Assembly: GCF_963853765.1 (NCBI RefSeq)
Contig: NC_088858.1
Coordinates: 25,854,001 to 25,918,000, forward strand
Direction: 5' to 3'
Origin: Magallana gigas
Taxonomy: Eukaryota
Length of the DNA stretch: 64,000 nucleotides
Part shown: positions 1 through 13,086 of the stretch, piece by piece
How the letters are laid out: each line of letters opens with the position of its first letter
How positions within the stretch are numbered: position 1 is the stretch's first letter
Translations under genes and position numbers: made by a program
The notes under the pieces: model-generated
What the model saw: the letters and a program-made list of their open reading frames with translations, nothing else
Databases searched by the model: none
Told to the model about the DNA's origin: nothing

Positions 1-449
1 CGGGTTTTTTGGGGTCACTCGTCGCCCAACCTCAGATCTGCACAGTCATGCTCTGTTTTTTAGTCTGCCAACAATGTAAGCATCTGGAAGTAATTATCTT
101 TGAGTCTTTTTGTTGTTGGATTTTTTTTTTTTTTACTTTCGGCTATGTATTTTGATAATTTACAGTAGTTTTTTCATATATATTTCTATGGTTTAGGTTT
201 AGGGGAGTTTGTTACATTTTCATATATAGATTTAGACTATATGCGTACTTCTCAGTCATGTAATGTTAATATACTGATAACATTTAAGCTTCATTATACG
301 TATTAACACATTTTCATGACATTATCCATTTTTTGGCTCTGTACATCACATTTATTGTTTTTTCTTTTTCTTGTAGTTTTTCACCATGTTTTTGAATAAA
401 TTTAATCATCAAACGACATGCGTTATCTAGCTGTATTCAGGAGACAGCA
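1..449 (+). repeat. 5' LTR (partial; base 1 corresponds to 6658 of the 3' LTR)
   Basis: Aligns with the 3' LTR with roughly 15 differences by eye (~96-97%); ends ...GAGACAGCA. Confidence 0.95.
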
Positions 450-482
450 TAGTGAAAAAATTGCAGAATACAGAAATCAACC

Positions 483-3400
483 ATGGCTCAGAAGGGAGAA
501 ACTTCTACTCCAGAAAATACATCAAGAAGAGTAAGAACACTCACACCTAAAGCACAAGAAGTTTACCTGGATAAAGCGAATAGATATGAATTCATAGTTT
601 CACGTTGTATTGATGAAATAAAGAATATTTTAATGGATATAGCATCCTGCAGTAAAGAAATAAAGATCTTAACATCACCAAAACAGACCTTGAAAATAGT
701 CATAAACGCTATCAAGACATTTATCAAGAATTTAGTGTTTAATACATACACTAAAGAAAGTATTGAAAAGTTGGCTTCTGTTGACAGAGACTTTCAAAAC
801 GTAGATAAGAAAGTTCAAAACGCCTTAGTAAAGTTACAAGATGACATTGATTTTGTGCAGTTAGAAACTTATTCGAGTACATCCCACAGTACTTCCAAAT
901 CAACATCACTTAGCCGACGCTCAGTGCGTTCCCTACAAAAAGCAAAAGAAGCAGAAACTCGTCTGAAAATTGCCGAACAATCTGCTCAACTTAAAAAACA
1001 GAAATCAAAAATCGCCGTAGAAGAGAAAATTCACTTAGCACAAAGTCAACAACAACGGGAAGATCTGGATACAGAATTAGATCTACTTCAAAAACAAAAC
1101 AAGCAGAACTCCACTGGCAAATATGCAGCTGGAATTCGAACTTGAAGAGGAGGGAGAAAGTATCAAACATGAAGATTTAGGACCCAACATGCCCACTGTT
1201 CCAAGTATATCTGGTGATCAGAAGACAAGAAACTTTGTTGAAAATCTTACATTAAACCAAGATGTGAAACCTTCTGGTCGTAGAGTTCGTACTAATTATC
1301 AGCAGGAAGTGAATCCTGATTCAGACAAAGAAAATCATCCTGTACGTACTTCAGATGTCTGTCATCATGATCAACAAAGCAGAAACAACGATAACCGTAC
1401 TCAACTACAAACTACTTTGAATTTACCTTTACAGAACAATTCAAATTCCTCAAATTATCTTCTCAAGAAAAACTTATTGTTGGAAAGTTTTCAGCAACAA
1501 CGTTTTGATGACAAATCAGATAGATATGTGGTGTGGAAATCACAGTTTAAGACAATGGTGTCAGAAATCTGCTGTTCTCCGTTAGAAGAAATGACTCTTT
1601 TGACAAACTGTACGAACAAAAACTCAGAAGCTCACAGATTGATCATGAGCCTTAGAGCGTCCTATGCAAGTGATCCAAAGTTATGTTTAGTGAACATTTG
1701 GAAACGTTTGGATGAAAGATTTGGCTCTCCAGAATTACTTGAATCATCACTGAAATCTAGACTACAAGCTTTTACGAATTTCACAGACCCAAAGAAGTTG
1801 TATGAACTCCATGACTTACTTTGTGAGATACAAGCCGTAAAAAACATTCCAGAATACAGTGTCATGTTTTCTTACCTTGATTCATCCTTAGGATTGAAAC
1901 CTACAATTCAACAACTTCCTTGTTTTCTCCAGGATAAGTGGATCAATCGTGTGGTCAATTACAAAAACCTTCCCTCCTTTTGGTGAATTTGTGTCTTTTA
2001 TTGGTGAGATGAGCATCATCAGAAATGATCCTGGATTGATGTTTGATACTTCTAAACAACCTCGATTTGACCGCAAAGATACAAAAGTCAAAACTGTGTT
2101 TACTCACAAAACTGACATTTCATCTGATACAGCAAACGTTGGACATCAATGTTTGATTCACAAAGGATCCAAACATACCATAAACAAGTGTAAAGCTATA
2201 TATTTTACGTGATCATAACATTTGCTTTCTTTGCTGTGAAACATCAACCACTTCGCTAATCGTTGCAAAACTAGAATTTTGTGTGATGTGTGTAAAAGTA
2301 ACTATCATTGTACCGCTCTTCATGAGGATGTTAGTTACCGTCAAATGTCGAGGAACTTTCCTTCACCACAAACCCATGGCGAGTAGGAAAACTTTTCTTC
2401 TGGAATTGTGAACCAGTCTGTCACTACCAAGTGTACCGATATTTGTTGTGAATTCAGTGGAAAGTCATGTGCAAGGATTGTACCAGTGCGGGTGTTTGTT
2501 CAAGGTCAACCTGAAGCATCGATACTCACTTACGCCATGTTGGACGACCAAAGCAACAGAACTCTCGGTAAAAGTTACCTTTTCGACGCTTTGTGTATCA
2601 AGACCATGGCAGTGGACTATACTATGCAATCATGTTCAGGCAAGATTGCAACACGGGGACGCATTGTTGACAACCTTATCGTAGAATCGATCAATGACAA
2701 CCGCCTATTAAAGTTACCACCTGTGTTGGAGTGTGATAGTATACCCAATAGTCAGGCAGAGATACCAACTCCGGATATCGCTCTTCATTATCCACATTTG
2801 CAGGATATTGCTCGAGATCTACATCCATTGGATCCATCTATGGAGATCCTCTTGCTAATTGGACGGGATCTTCCAGAAGCCCATCACGTCATTAATCAGC
2901 GATTAGGACCATCACGATTTCCCTTTGCTCAACAACCCTTCGGATGGACTATAATTGGAGACATTTGTTTGGCTGGAAAACACATTCCACCATTACAGGT
3001 CAAAAGAACCTACGTAGACAGAAGTGGTCGACCTACAATGTTGGAACCATGTAAACAGATGTTAAACATTAAAAACACTGTTATCATCTCGAATAAGACC
3101 GTAATTGAGAAAACAGACGTCTTCACGAAAACATCAGATGACAACAAAGTTGGTCTCTCGATTGAAGACAACACTTTTCTGAATATTATGGACAACAAGT
3201 TTCATCTTGATCCTACTGAGGGTAAATGGACTGCGCCATTGCCCTTCCGGCAAAATCGTGAACAACTTCCAGACAACTACTCACAAGCGTTATTCCGGGC
3301 CAAATGTCTTGATGCTTCTCTAAGAAAAAACAACACAAAAAGGAACATTTCATTGCGTTCATGCAGAAGATATTCGATTGTGATCATGCAGAATTAGCTC

Positions 3401-6400
3401 CGATAATACCACCTGACAAAGCACATTGGTATCTTCCCCTGTTTGGAGTCTACCATCCTCGTAAACCAGATCAAATTCGCGGAGTTTTCGACTCCTCAGC
3501 TGAATTCAAGGGTGTGTCATTAAATGAACAATTGTTACAGGGACCTGACTTCATTAATAACCTCTTAGGAATTCTCATTCGATTTAGGAAGGAAAATGTA
3601 GCTGTAGTTGCTGACATCCAAAGCATGTTTCATTCATTCCTGGTTGATGAAGAACATCGGGATTATTTACGTTTTATGTGGCACAGAGATAATGGCATTG
3701 ATAGACCACTTATTACTTATCGAATGAAAGTTCATGTATTTGGCAATCGTTCTTCCCCATCTGTTGCAATGTATGGATTACATCGTATTGGTGATTTGGC
3801 TGCTGAAAGTCATGGACAGGAAGTGAAAGACTTTATCGTGAATGACTTCTACGTTGATGACGGATTGAAATCTTGTGCAACTACTCGTGAAGCGATTAAC
3901 ATTCTACAGAAGACTAAAGATGCCATGAAAGAGTATGGTGGATTGCGACTTCATAAATTCGCTTCAAATGAAAAAGAAGTAATGGAAGCTTTTGACTCGA
4001 TGATTTGTCAAAGAATATTGTGGACCTTAACTTTGAGAAGGATGTCTTAAATCAAAGCAGTCTTGGCCTTCTATGGGATTTACAAACGGATACCATACGA
4101 TTCAAAATTTCTAGTGAAGACAAACCATCTACAAGGAGAGGTGTACTTTCATTTGTGAATCGTCTCTATGATCCATTTGGATTCATTGCTCCTGTCGTCA
4201 TACATGGCAAGATTATTCTGCGTAAAGCTGTGTCAAACACCTCCAGCTGGGATGGAGCCCTACCTGAACATTTGCTCAAAGATTGGGAAAAATGTAAAAA
4301 TAACTTACCGGATTTGGAAAACTTACGTATTCCTCGTGTGATTGTTCCCAAATTGTGTGAAGTGCTTAGAAGGGAGTTGCTAGTTTACTGTGATGCATCT
4401 GAACTAGCCATAGCTGCTGTTTGTTATTTAAAGGCAAAGTATTCAGATGGTTCTTCATCTCAAGGATTTGTTCTAGGAAAAGCAAAAGTGGCACCTGTTA
4501 GTGGACATACAATTCCTAGACTCGAACTATGTGCCGCAGTGCTTGCTACCGATATAGCACAAATAGCCAAGGAACAGTTAAACGTGAAAATAGATGACAT
4601 CAAGTTCTTCAGTGATAGTCGAATTGTATTAGGATATATTAACAACACGAAAAAACGTTTCCTTGTGTATGTGGCAAACCGCATTGCTCATATCCACAGT
4701 CTCAGCAGTCCGACCCAATGGTACTATATTTGCAGTGAACTGAATCCAGCAGATGTGAGCACAAGAGGAATTCTTCCAAATGAAATGGAAAAGTGTGCAT
4801 GGCTTTCAAACATAGAAAACATGGATATTGTGCCCTCTATTGAACAATTTCCTTTAGTGAGCCCCGAAGAGGATAAAGAAATTCGCTGTAATAAAACTGA
4901 CATTGAAACAAAAACAGATGTGGGTCTGGACAATGAACTCCTTACAAGATTCTCAAAGTGGAACAAACTGGTTGCTGTAGTTGCTAAAGTTTATGGTTTC
5001 ATTCAGAATTGTCGTAACCCAAAGAGCAAATTGAGTGATGTTCAACTTCTTCACAAAGCTGAAACAGTTATAATTAGAGATATTCAGAAGAAATTCTTTT
5101 TAGAGGAAATTGAAAATATTAGAGACTCTAAGCCTGTGTCGAGAAATAGTTCCATTCAGAAACTTGACCCCTACATCGACAGTGAAAGGAATTTGCGTGT
5201 TGGTGGTCGCTTGAAGAAATACAATGATGATCCTCTATTTAAGAATCCAATCATTTTGCCTGCAAAACGTCATGTTACCACACTTATTGTCAGAAAACTT
5301 CATGAAGATGTCAGACACCAAGGACGTCATATAATAGAGGGTCATATTCGTTCTTCTGGATTTTGGATCATCGGAGGTAAAAGACTCATTTCATCTGTTC
5401 TTCATAAGTGCGTCACTTGCAGAAAACTTCGGAAAAAACCTGAACATCAGAAAATGTCCGACTTGCCCGAGGATCGTCTCATACCTGGACAACCACCATT
5501 CTCTTCTGTTGGAGTCGATATATTTGGACCATGGAACATCATTACACGACGTACCAGAGGTGGTGCAGCAAATAGTAAAAGATGGGCCGCTCTATTCACT
5601 TGCCTCACTATCAGGGCCGTGCATATCGAAGTTGTGGAAGAAATGACATCCTCCTCATTTATTAATGCGCTACGTCGGTTTATCGCCATACGTGGACCTG
5701 TTCAAGTCCTTCGTTCAGACAGGGGAACAAATTTTATTGGTGCTGCGAAGGAGCTGAAAGTTCATGTCATCAATGTGAAAGAAGACCACCTTCATAACTT
5801 TCTCAACGAACAGAGAACGACCTGGATCTTCAACCCTCCTCACTCCTCTCAGATAGGAGGAGTGTGGGAACGCATGATCGGGACAACGAGACGTATATTG
5901 GATGCAATCCTTCTTGATTATGGATCTAGAAGTTTAACTCATGAGGTTCTCACTACATTTTTAGCGGAAGCCTCTTCCATTATCAACTCAAGACCTCTAG
6001 TGCCAGTGTCTACAGATCCTGAAAATCCCCTTGTGTTATCCCCTTCAACTCTTCTTACTCAGAAAACAAGCAATAAGGATGTGATATTCGCTGATCATGA
6101 AAACAAAAACGAGCTATTACAGACGCAGTGGAAGAGAGTTCAACATCTTGCATTCATTTTCTGGAAACGGTGGAAGACTGAATATTTGAACACTCTACAG
6201 ATGCGCCGTAAATGGAATTCACATCAAAGAAACTTATAACCTGGTGATGTAATTTTAATCTGTGACAAAGAACTTTCCCGCAATTCTTGGCCATTGGGTA
6301 TAGTTACTAAGGCTTTACCAAGTGATGATGAACTTGTGCGTAAAGTGACGGTTCGTGTAATCGTGAATGGTGAACCTAAAAACTATGTGCGACCAATTAC

Positions 6401-6440
6401 TGAACTTATCGTAATTCTTGAACAGTGGCCGTTTAGTGAA
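483..6440 (+). pseudogene. BEL/Pao gag-pol polyprotein broken by frameshifts and stops
   Basis: Split across ORFs 483-1145, 1123-1986, 1949-2212, 2408-3397, 3361-4050 and 4005-6239. Integrase C-terminal homology (PGDVILICDKEL.RNSWPLG) continues past the TAA at 6237-6239. Confidence 0.93.
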
Positions 6441-6568
6441 TCTTATTTATAATTGACAGAAAATGGACTGTGTTTCAATTTATATTACATGTAACTTAAC
6501 AATTTGTCATGTTTAGAGTGCTTAAAAGTTTAATATAGAGTGATATTTTCTATATCAGGCGAGTAGTG

Positions 6569-7105
6569 TGCCGTCTTATAGCCGGAAATTTTTTATCCGG
6601 TACGGCTTGGCTTTTTCTTTTATTGTGTACTTTCTATTTCCTAACTTGTATATTGCACGGGTTTTTTTGGATCACTCGTCGCCCAACCTCAGGTCTGCAC
6701 AGTCATGCACTGTTTTACTAGTCTGCCAACAATGTAAGTATCTGGAAGTAATTATCTTTGAGTCTTTTTGTTGTAAGGTTTTTTTTTTTTACTCTCGGCT
6801 ATGTATTTTGATAATTTACAGTAGTTTTTTCATATATATTTCTATAGTTTAGGTTTAGGGGAGTTTGTTACATTTTCATATATACATTTAGACTATATGC
6901 GTACTTCTCAGTCATGTAATGTTAATATACTGATAAAATTTAAGCTTCATTATACGTATTAACACATTTTCATGACATAATCCATTTTTTGGCTCTGTAC
7001 ATCACATTTATTGTTTTTTCTTTTTCTTGTAGTTTTTCACCATGTTTTTGAATAAATTTAATCATCAAACGACATGCGTTAACTAGCTGTATTCAGGAGA
7101 CAGCA
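6569..7105 (+). repeat. 3' LTR, 537 bp, TG...CA
   Basis: Starts TGCCGTCT and ends AGACAGCA (imperfect terminal inverted repeat). Preceded by purine-rich AGGCGAGTAGTG (6557-6568, PPT). AATAAA at 7051. Confidence 0.93.
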
Positions 7106-7325
7106 TATTTCCTTTTGTAATTTTTATCACATATACATGTACAGTATGCAGGCATTAAGTCTCTCATTCTCTGAAATGTTTGTCGGACTTTGAAACGTTT
7201 TTGAATCCTGATCCAGTATATGTTTGTTACTTCTTTACATCATTGTACTGACTAAAGAAATTAAAAAAATTACCGAAATTTTTATAAATGTCTAGATATG
7301 TTTTCTTGAATTGTTTTTATGTTGC

Positions 7326-7828
7326 TTAAAGGGGCATTGTCATGATTTTGGTCAATAATTATTTTTCCGATTTTAATAGTTACATTGCTTTAGAAAGGCA
7401 TTTTTATATGCAACTGAAATTTGAGTGTCATTTGTTTAGTTATATGCGAGTTACAGAGCTTGAAATTCTTTGCTATGTAAACAAGGCGTTTGTTTACATT
7501 TTGAACGTTGAAGTAAATATTTCAGTTTTAAACCTAAAACGAATGTGTAAACCGTAAGGAAATATTCATCTATGCTTAAAATAAATAAAAAAGATGGACA
7601 AGTAAGCTGGAAAAAGATTTTTTACTGACATTTTGAACCCATGTAAACAAAAACAGGGCACGAGCCTTGTTTACATGACAAAGAATTGTGAGCCCTGTAT
7701 CTTGCTTATAACTGCACGAATGCCTCTCAAATTTTAATTGATCATTAGAAAATGCATTTCTAAAGTATGGTAAATAATAAAAACATGAAAATAGAATTTA
7801 ACCAAAATCGTGACCATGCCCCTTTTAA
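7326..7828. mobile_element. TTAA-flanked MITE (Kolobok/piggyBac-like non-autonomous)
   Basis: Left end TTAAAGGGGCATTGTCATGATTTTGGT is the imperfect reverse complement of right end ACCAAAATCGTGACCATGCCCCTTTTAA. Confidence 0.75.
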
Positions 7829-7924
7829 ATGAGAACTTTTCTCCTCATAAGATGTAATGGCATCAAGTAAGCTTTCAGTAAATTATATGGACACATGGTC
7901 GCATTCCTTTTGAATGAATAAAAA

Positions 7925-8230
7925 GCCTTCTTTGATGATTCATACTGGATCTGAAAATAGCTCCACATTGTAAAAAAAATTCATGACCCGCGTTAAAATA
8001 ATATAAGCCAAATCACATTGAAGAAAAAAATACATGACGCGCGTTAAAATCATTTTAGCCAAGTCTTCTTAAATGGGAATTTGAGTCTGACATCATCATG
8101 ATTATTTCGTGCAGTCCGTGAGTTTTGTTATAGGTTGCTGAAGGTTACAACCAATCGACAAACTGGTTAAAACTGGATCGTGTAGATTTCAGCCCTGTCA
8201 GTTTCTTAAGAAAAGTTGCTTAAGAAATAT
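7925..8230 (+). repeat. Interspersed repeat family X, copy 1 (others near 26855-27180 and 28415-28775)
   Basis: Shared block CGTCTTCT..GGAATT.GAGTCTGACATCATCATGAT.ATTT...AGTCC.TGA seen in all three places. Confidence 0.7.
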
Positions 8231-10663
8231 ATTCATGTAAATATTTACTATTAAAAAGGGTGTTACTGTTAGAATAACGGAATATTGAAATTCGTGATCT
8301 GTAAATTCGCTTGTGTGACGCTAAATTTGTATGAAGACTGGGCCTAGTCCTGCTGTATTCCAAAATAGGCTAGGACGTAACAGGTATAAAATTGTTAATG
8401 CATAGCAACTATTGAATGTTTTCCATCATTTTTTGAAGGAGGCTGGATGGTCAACAAATTAGACATCAGATCTGCCTAAATTTTGTGATATGATTTGTTT
8501 AGCTTTTATGAACTCTTTTATAGTAAAGAAAACATCTATATATTTTGCCTTTATAATTCAAATATTTGCCTACATTTTCATATACAGATTTTCTTCCAAT
8601 AGGAGATCAATACAGTCTAAAAATGGCTACGACTATCGAACCTTGTCCAAGAAAACCGCTATTGCTGTACTAAAACGTTATAATCTAATTTAATAATCCT
8701 TAAATACTTCAGGGTTAAATTCAGATCCTACAAATGAGTTATTCGTGAGTGTTATTTGTGCTTAAAAGTCCCTTTCCATTACTGTAAAATGAAAATTAAA
8801 CTGGGAAAATTTAATCAAATTTGTAAAAAGACTACGCCCTCATTGATTTTAATGTTCTAAAGGAAAGAATTTCTGTCACACACAACATTTGTAAGAAAGA
8901 ATACAACTTTAATCACAATAATAAATCAAAATACATGTAACATGTACAGGAACATGCTTACATTCATTAACAACCGTAAAAAAAAGTATATTTATCTAGA
9001 ATCTAAATAATTATTATTGCCAAGGTATATTTCATTTGTTTTGTTTGTGGCATGGTCCATTTCAAACATTTCTTTGCTGATAACATGTCCGTCGAGATAT
9101 GTGTCATCCCATTTAGATACAGTATCAGAATCTGTTACCGAGGAATCAATTTTGTTGGATCATTGTTAACTGCATGTTTTATTTTTACATGCATGTTGAT
9201 ATACATTGGTTCGTATCCATGAAACCGATGAGTAATGAGCAACAAATAACAATGATTTGAAAAATATGAATTACAATTGTTTGAATGTTCTACAATTACA
9301 TATTACAACTTGGGAGCTAGGATAAATATTTCTTTTCCCAACGATATATCCAAACGCCTACCTATGTAGGTTTTTTTGTAAAACAGTTATGATAAGATCT
9401 TGTGACAAATTTTGTTCTAAAGGCATAATTATCAATGTCATAATACAGATTTGTGAAATCGGCAACGGGTTATCATTTATCCTTCAGCTTGTAATGATCG
9501 TCTTTATTTAAAATATCAATAGTCAACAATGTTCTAATGAATGTTTATTTTAGAGGAGAGAGAGGACACCAATAAACCCCCTTCATAATTTTTTCAGATT
9601 TTTAAATCTTCAAAATATGTCTGAGCTGCGCAGTTCGACAGCTGTCCTGGGTGATTAAAAAGGCATTGTCCTGTTCTTGTAGGCATACTTTTCAAAGAAA
9701 ATGACATGTAGGACTTAATATTTATTGCTTTTATATTTTTTGGCAACATTTTTGGCCAGTTTTGGGCTGAAACAAGCCGGTTCAAAAAAATGTTTACATT
9801 CTTATCCTCAGTTGTACAAGATGGCCACACATCCCCCTTAAATGTTAGTCATTTTTGGCATAGCACTACGGGTGAAAACATTATAGAGAGAGCATTAGAG
9901 CATTATGGAACGTAGACAAAAATTTTTTTTGATGAATCTGGAGGTTTAGCGTGTTTTTTTTCCTGCGCGCACTGGTTCTTTGAGATCGCTTCGCTTGCTA
10001 TAAGTGTTATTACAAAATTTGATACATGTTCGTATATCAGTAAAATCTTTTGGGGTTATGAAAAGCTACTAGTATATGAGATAGTTTGGTAGATTATTAT
10101 TTAAGAACTGATTTTATAGATATACAATCATATGAATTTAACGATATAATAATGTTTTAATATTGAAAGTATTACATACAATTATGATTTACTAAAACAT
10201 CCAGACGACAGAGAAAGGATTTGTCAACAGGCAACTAAATTAGAGGTTATTAAAAATTCAGATCGAATAAACGAAATGGAAGTGCACACAGTTTAAGGTA
10301 ACAGAATCAATTTTGTTGCACTGAATTTAATTTTTCAATTTTAAATAGCTTTACTTGTCATGCAATGTTTCTCATAACAATTTAATTATCATATTGGGTA
10401 ATTCTTTATCCAAGAAGCACAAACAGAGTATTGTGCAGGTTCTCATGGGAAAAGAAAACACATTCTCATAATTAATTGGTAATTTAAAAATATTCATTAT
10501 CGTAGGATAATGGCATATTTCAAAGAAAGGATAATGAAAATATGATATATTATATCTATGCATTATTTAAAGATGGGTTACACTTATGAACGTGTGGTTA
10601 CTGTATTTCACAACATTACAGACGACGGCAAAACCAGTAAGTTCGGTGAACATTCTGTGAAAT

Positions 10664-13086
10664 ATGCGGCTTATGTTTTTGTCTACGCTTAATTGGTATA
10701 TAGGATCAACGTACTCAAAAGAAATTGAGCTACAACAATGTACAACATTGAGCTTAAACATCAAAGCCAGTGTGGAACTAATTGAGGAAAGAGCGTATCC
10801 ATTATGGACTAACGACTATGAAACATATGGTGCTGCGTTGTATCACTGTTTTCCGAGATGTGAAAAAGACGAGCGGTGCGTTGGGATAGAGCTTTGTAGA
10901 ATACGACCTGGCAATTCTCGATGCAGAGGATGCTGTGAATGGTTTGTTAATCCCCACGAAGGAGTGCCGGCTTTGAAAACATCCGAAGTATGCAGATATA
11001 TTGAGGTGGTATGTGTAGACTTGTGTCCCTGAATAAAAAATTCTTAATTATTTGCTCTGCAACTTCTTTTTTCAAATTAATATCCTTAAAATAGCCCGTT
11101 TAATTTCTTTAAAAATTACTCCCTATTAAGGTAATGGTCCATACCCCACTAGATAAACAAAATGCGTGCAGAATTTTCTCAAATTTTTTTAACGTGTATC
11201 TGAGGATATGTTGTAAATACCTCAGAATTCAAATGATGCTCATTCAAAATTATGGAACATTTTCAAGATTTTTCCTTAGAAACGCTCCCTCTAGTTTATC
11301 AGGTTTCAATACACGGCTTAAAATGTTATGTCTATGGGGATTTTGTATGGCAACAGACCCGGATGATAACGTTAAAAAAATGTGTGAGGTTTTCTGAGTG
11401 ACTACCGAATGGAGAAAGATGTCAACATTCCCCTTATAAATATCCGTAAGAAATCAGTTTTTGTTACTGCGAATTTTTCCGCGTGAAAAATGATAATGTG
11501 TAAATGAAATTATCTTCAGTTGGATATTTTCCCTTTTTATCTTTTTCAATCGCACATTTTCATTTTTAAAATCGTCAAAATTTGCTGCATATATATCTTG
11601 GTACAGATTTAAGGTACATTTAACCACATTGTTACTTTGTTTTATCGATTTGTCTCATTAAATTCGACACACTGGCAGTATTTGACGTCAGAAAGAAAAT
11701 ATAATATGAGCCAGTGTATGAGTAAAGGAGTCTTGTGACATAACGTCACAATGCAGAGTAAACGTCATAGACGGATCACGAATTGCGACAGAGCACTATA
11801 AATTGTTCAAAAATGAACATGTTTACTAAAACAATAAATGAATGATGATATAAAATTTTATACTATGACAAATGTTTTATTATAAAACATTTAAAATTAT
11901 AAAACAATAAATGAATGATGATATAAAATTTTATACTATGACAATTGTTTTATAATAATCGATAATGTAATCCCTGCTTTTCATTTCATTCCAATAGGAC
12001 AACAAAAATTATATTGCCGAAAATGGATCTAATGGTAAATATATGTTTATCCTTTGTACATTGATTTAACAACAAAGTTTCGATAATCATTATACATAAC
12101 AAAGAAAGATATTACAAATTGTTAAATCATTATGAAGAAATACTATACAAATTTCAAAATTCTACAGAAAAAAAATCCCAAATTAGCCTATAAAAATCGC
12201 TTTTTGGCCATTCTCATCGAAAAATAAATCATTTAGCTAAATGTAACCAATTCCTTTTATCGCCACAAATACTTCAGTTTCTCTTTTACATGTAATGCAT
12301 TTCATATTTTACCGTTTTCAACCATTCTTCAAGTTGAATAGCATGTGTACATGAAATATTCGAATAAGGTTTATAGAGAACGAATTTGGTGGTACTCCTT
12401 ATATTTTGACAGTATTTTTGAATGTGTATACTATAATGCACATGTTTAAGTACAATTGTATCAATTGTTTAAACTTAAAGGAAGTTTCTTTCTTCCAATA
12501 AGTGGCATTGAACGCATCCACAACAGCGAGCTCCATATACACGTTCGAATCTACACCTTTGTCATCCTCTAAAGCTGTAGATGGTGTGACCAGTTGTCCG
12601 GGCCCGACGTATATTTTTCATTCGACATCTGAAGCTGATCCATGGCTGGAGATTAATCTTCAAAGAGTTATAACGATATGGAGAATAATCGTTCACACAA
12701 GACAGGACTGTTGTGGTAAGGTAACTCCTGCATTTACAAAGCTTGAATGACAAGACGTGACTCAGCTTTATTTGTATAATCCCCGTGGTTGTTCTTTAAA
12801 ACGAAGTTGTTATATATATCATAATATATGCAAGAAACGCAATTTTATTGAAAACTTTTGTTTTGTAGCGCACCGTTCGGTAAATTTTTATATCACGTAC
12901 GGTGGTAACGGCCAGACCAACAGCTGTGGGTTTTTTCCTGGTCCGTTGCCAAACAGTGGAGACATTGTGCTGTTTCAATGTCCACCGAACGCTAGGGGGA
13001 GTTCTGTTAAATTAATGATCCAATCCAAACCAGGAGAGATAAATGCATTAAGTCTCTGTGAAGTTGAAATTCTTCAGAAAATTTAA
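10664..13086 (+). CDS. PAN/apple-like + F-type lectin (fucolectin) domain protein, 4 exons (10664-11008, 11998-12034, 12503-12715, 12869-13086), 270 aa
   Basis: GT-AG introns with compatible phases (0,1,1) give 813 nt. The F-type lectin motif H-X26-R-X-D-X4-R is exact (FH...TRQDCCAHR), with NVAL at the domain start and LSLCEVEI at the end. The N-terminal part has PAN-like CxxxCxxxxxC spacing. The start codon is less certain. Confidence 0.85.
11828..11956. repeat. Two-copy tandem duplication (~73 bp period) in intron 1 of the lectin gene
   Basis: AAAACAATAAATGAATGATGATATAAAATTTTATACTATGACAA occurs twice. Confidence 0.8.

Larger units (their letters stand above)
1..7105 (+). mobile_element. 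BEL/Pao LTR retrotransposon (Suzu-like), decayed; 5' LTR truncated by window start
   Basis: Direct repeats 1-449 and 6569-7105 flank gag-PR-RT-RH-IN. Motifs: gag Cys/His knuckles (CLIHK..H....C; CFSCC...H...C..CDVC...H), protease LDDQSNRT, RT YVDDG, RNase H CDASELA, integrase HHCC plus VDIFGP/SDRGTNF/GGVWERMIG. The order and motifs are typical of BEL/Pao. Confidence 0.96.

Noticed and set aside
6568-6852. 94-aa hydrophobic ORF after pol as a possible env
   Set aside because: It lies inside the T-rich 3' LTR, starts at GTG and has no envelope features.
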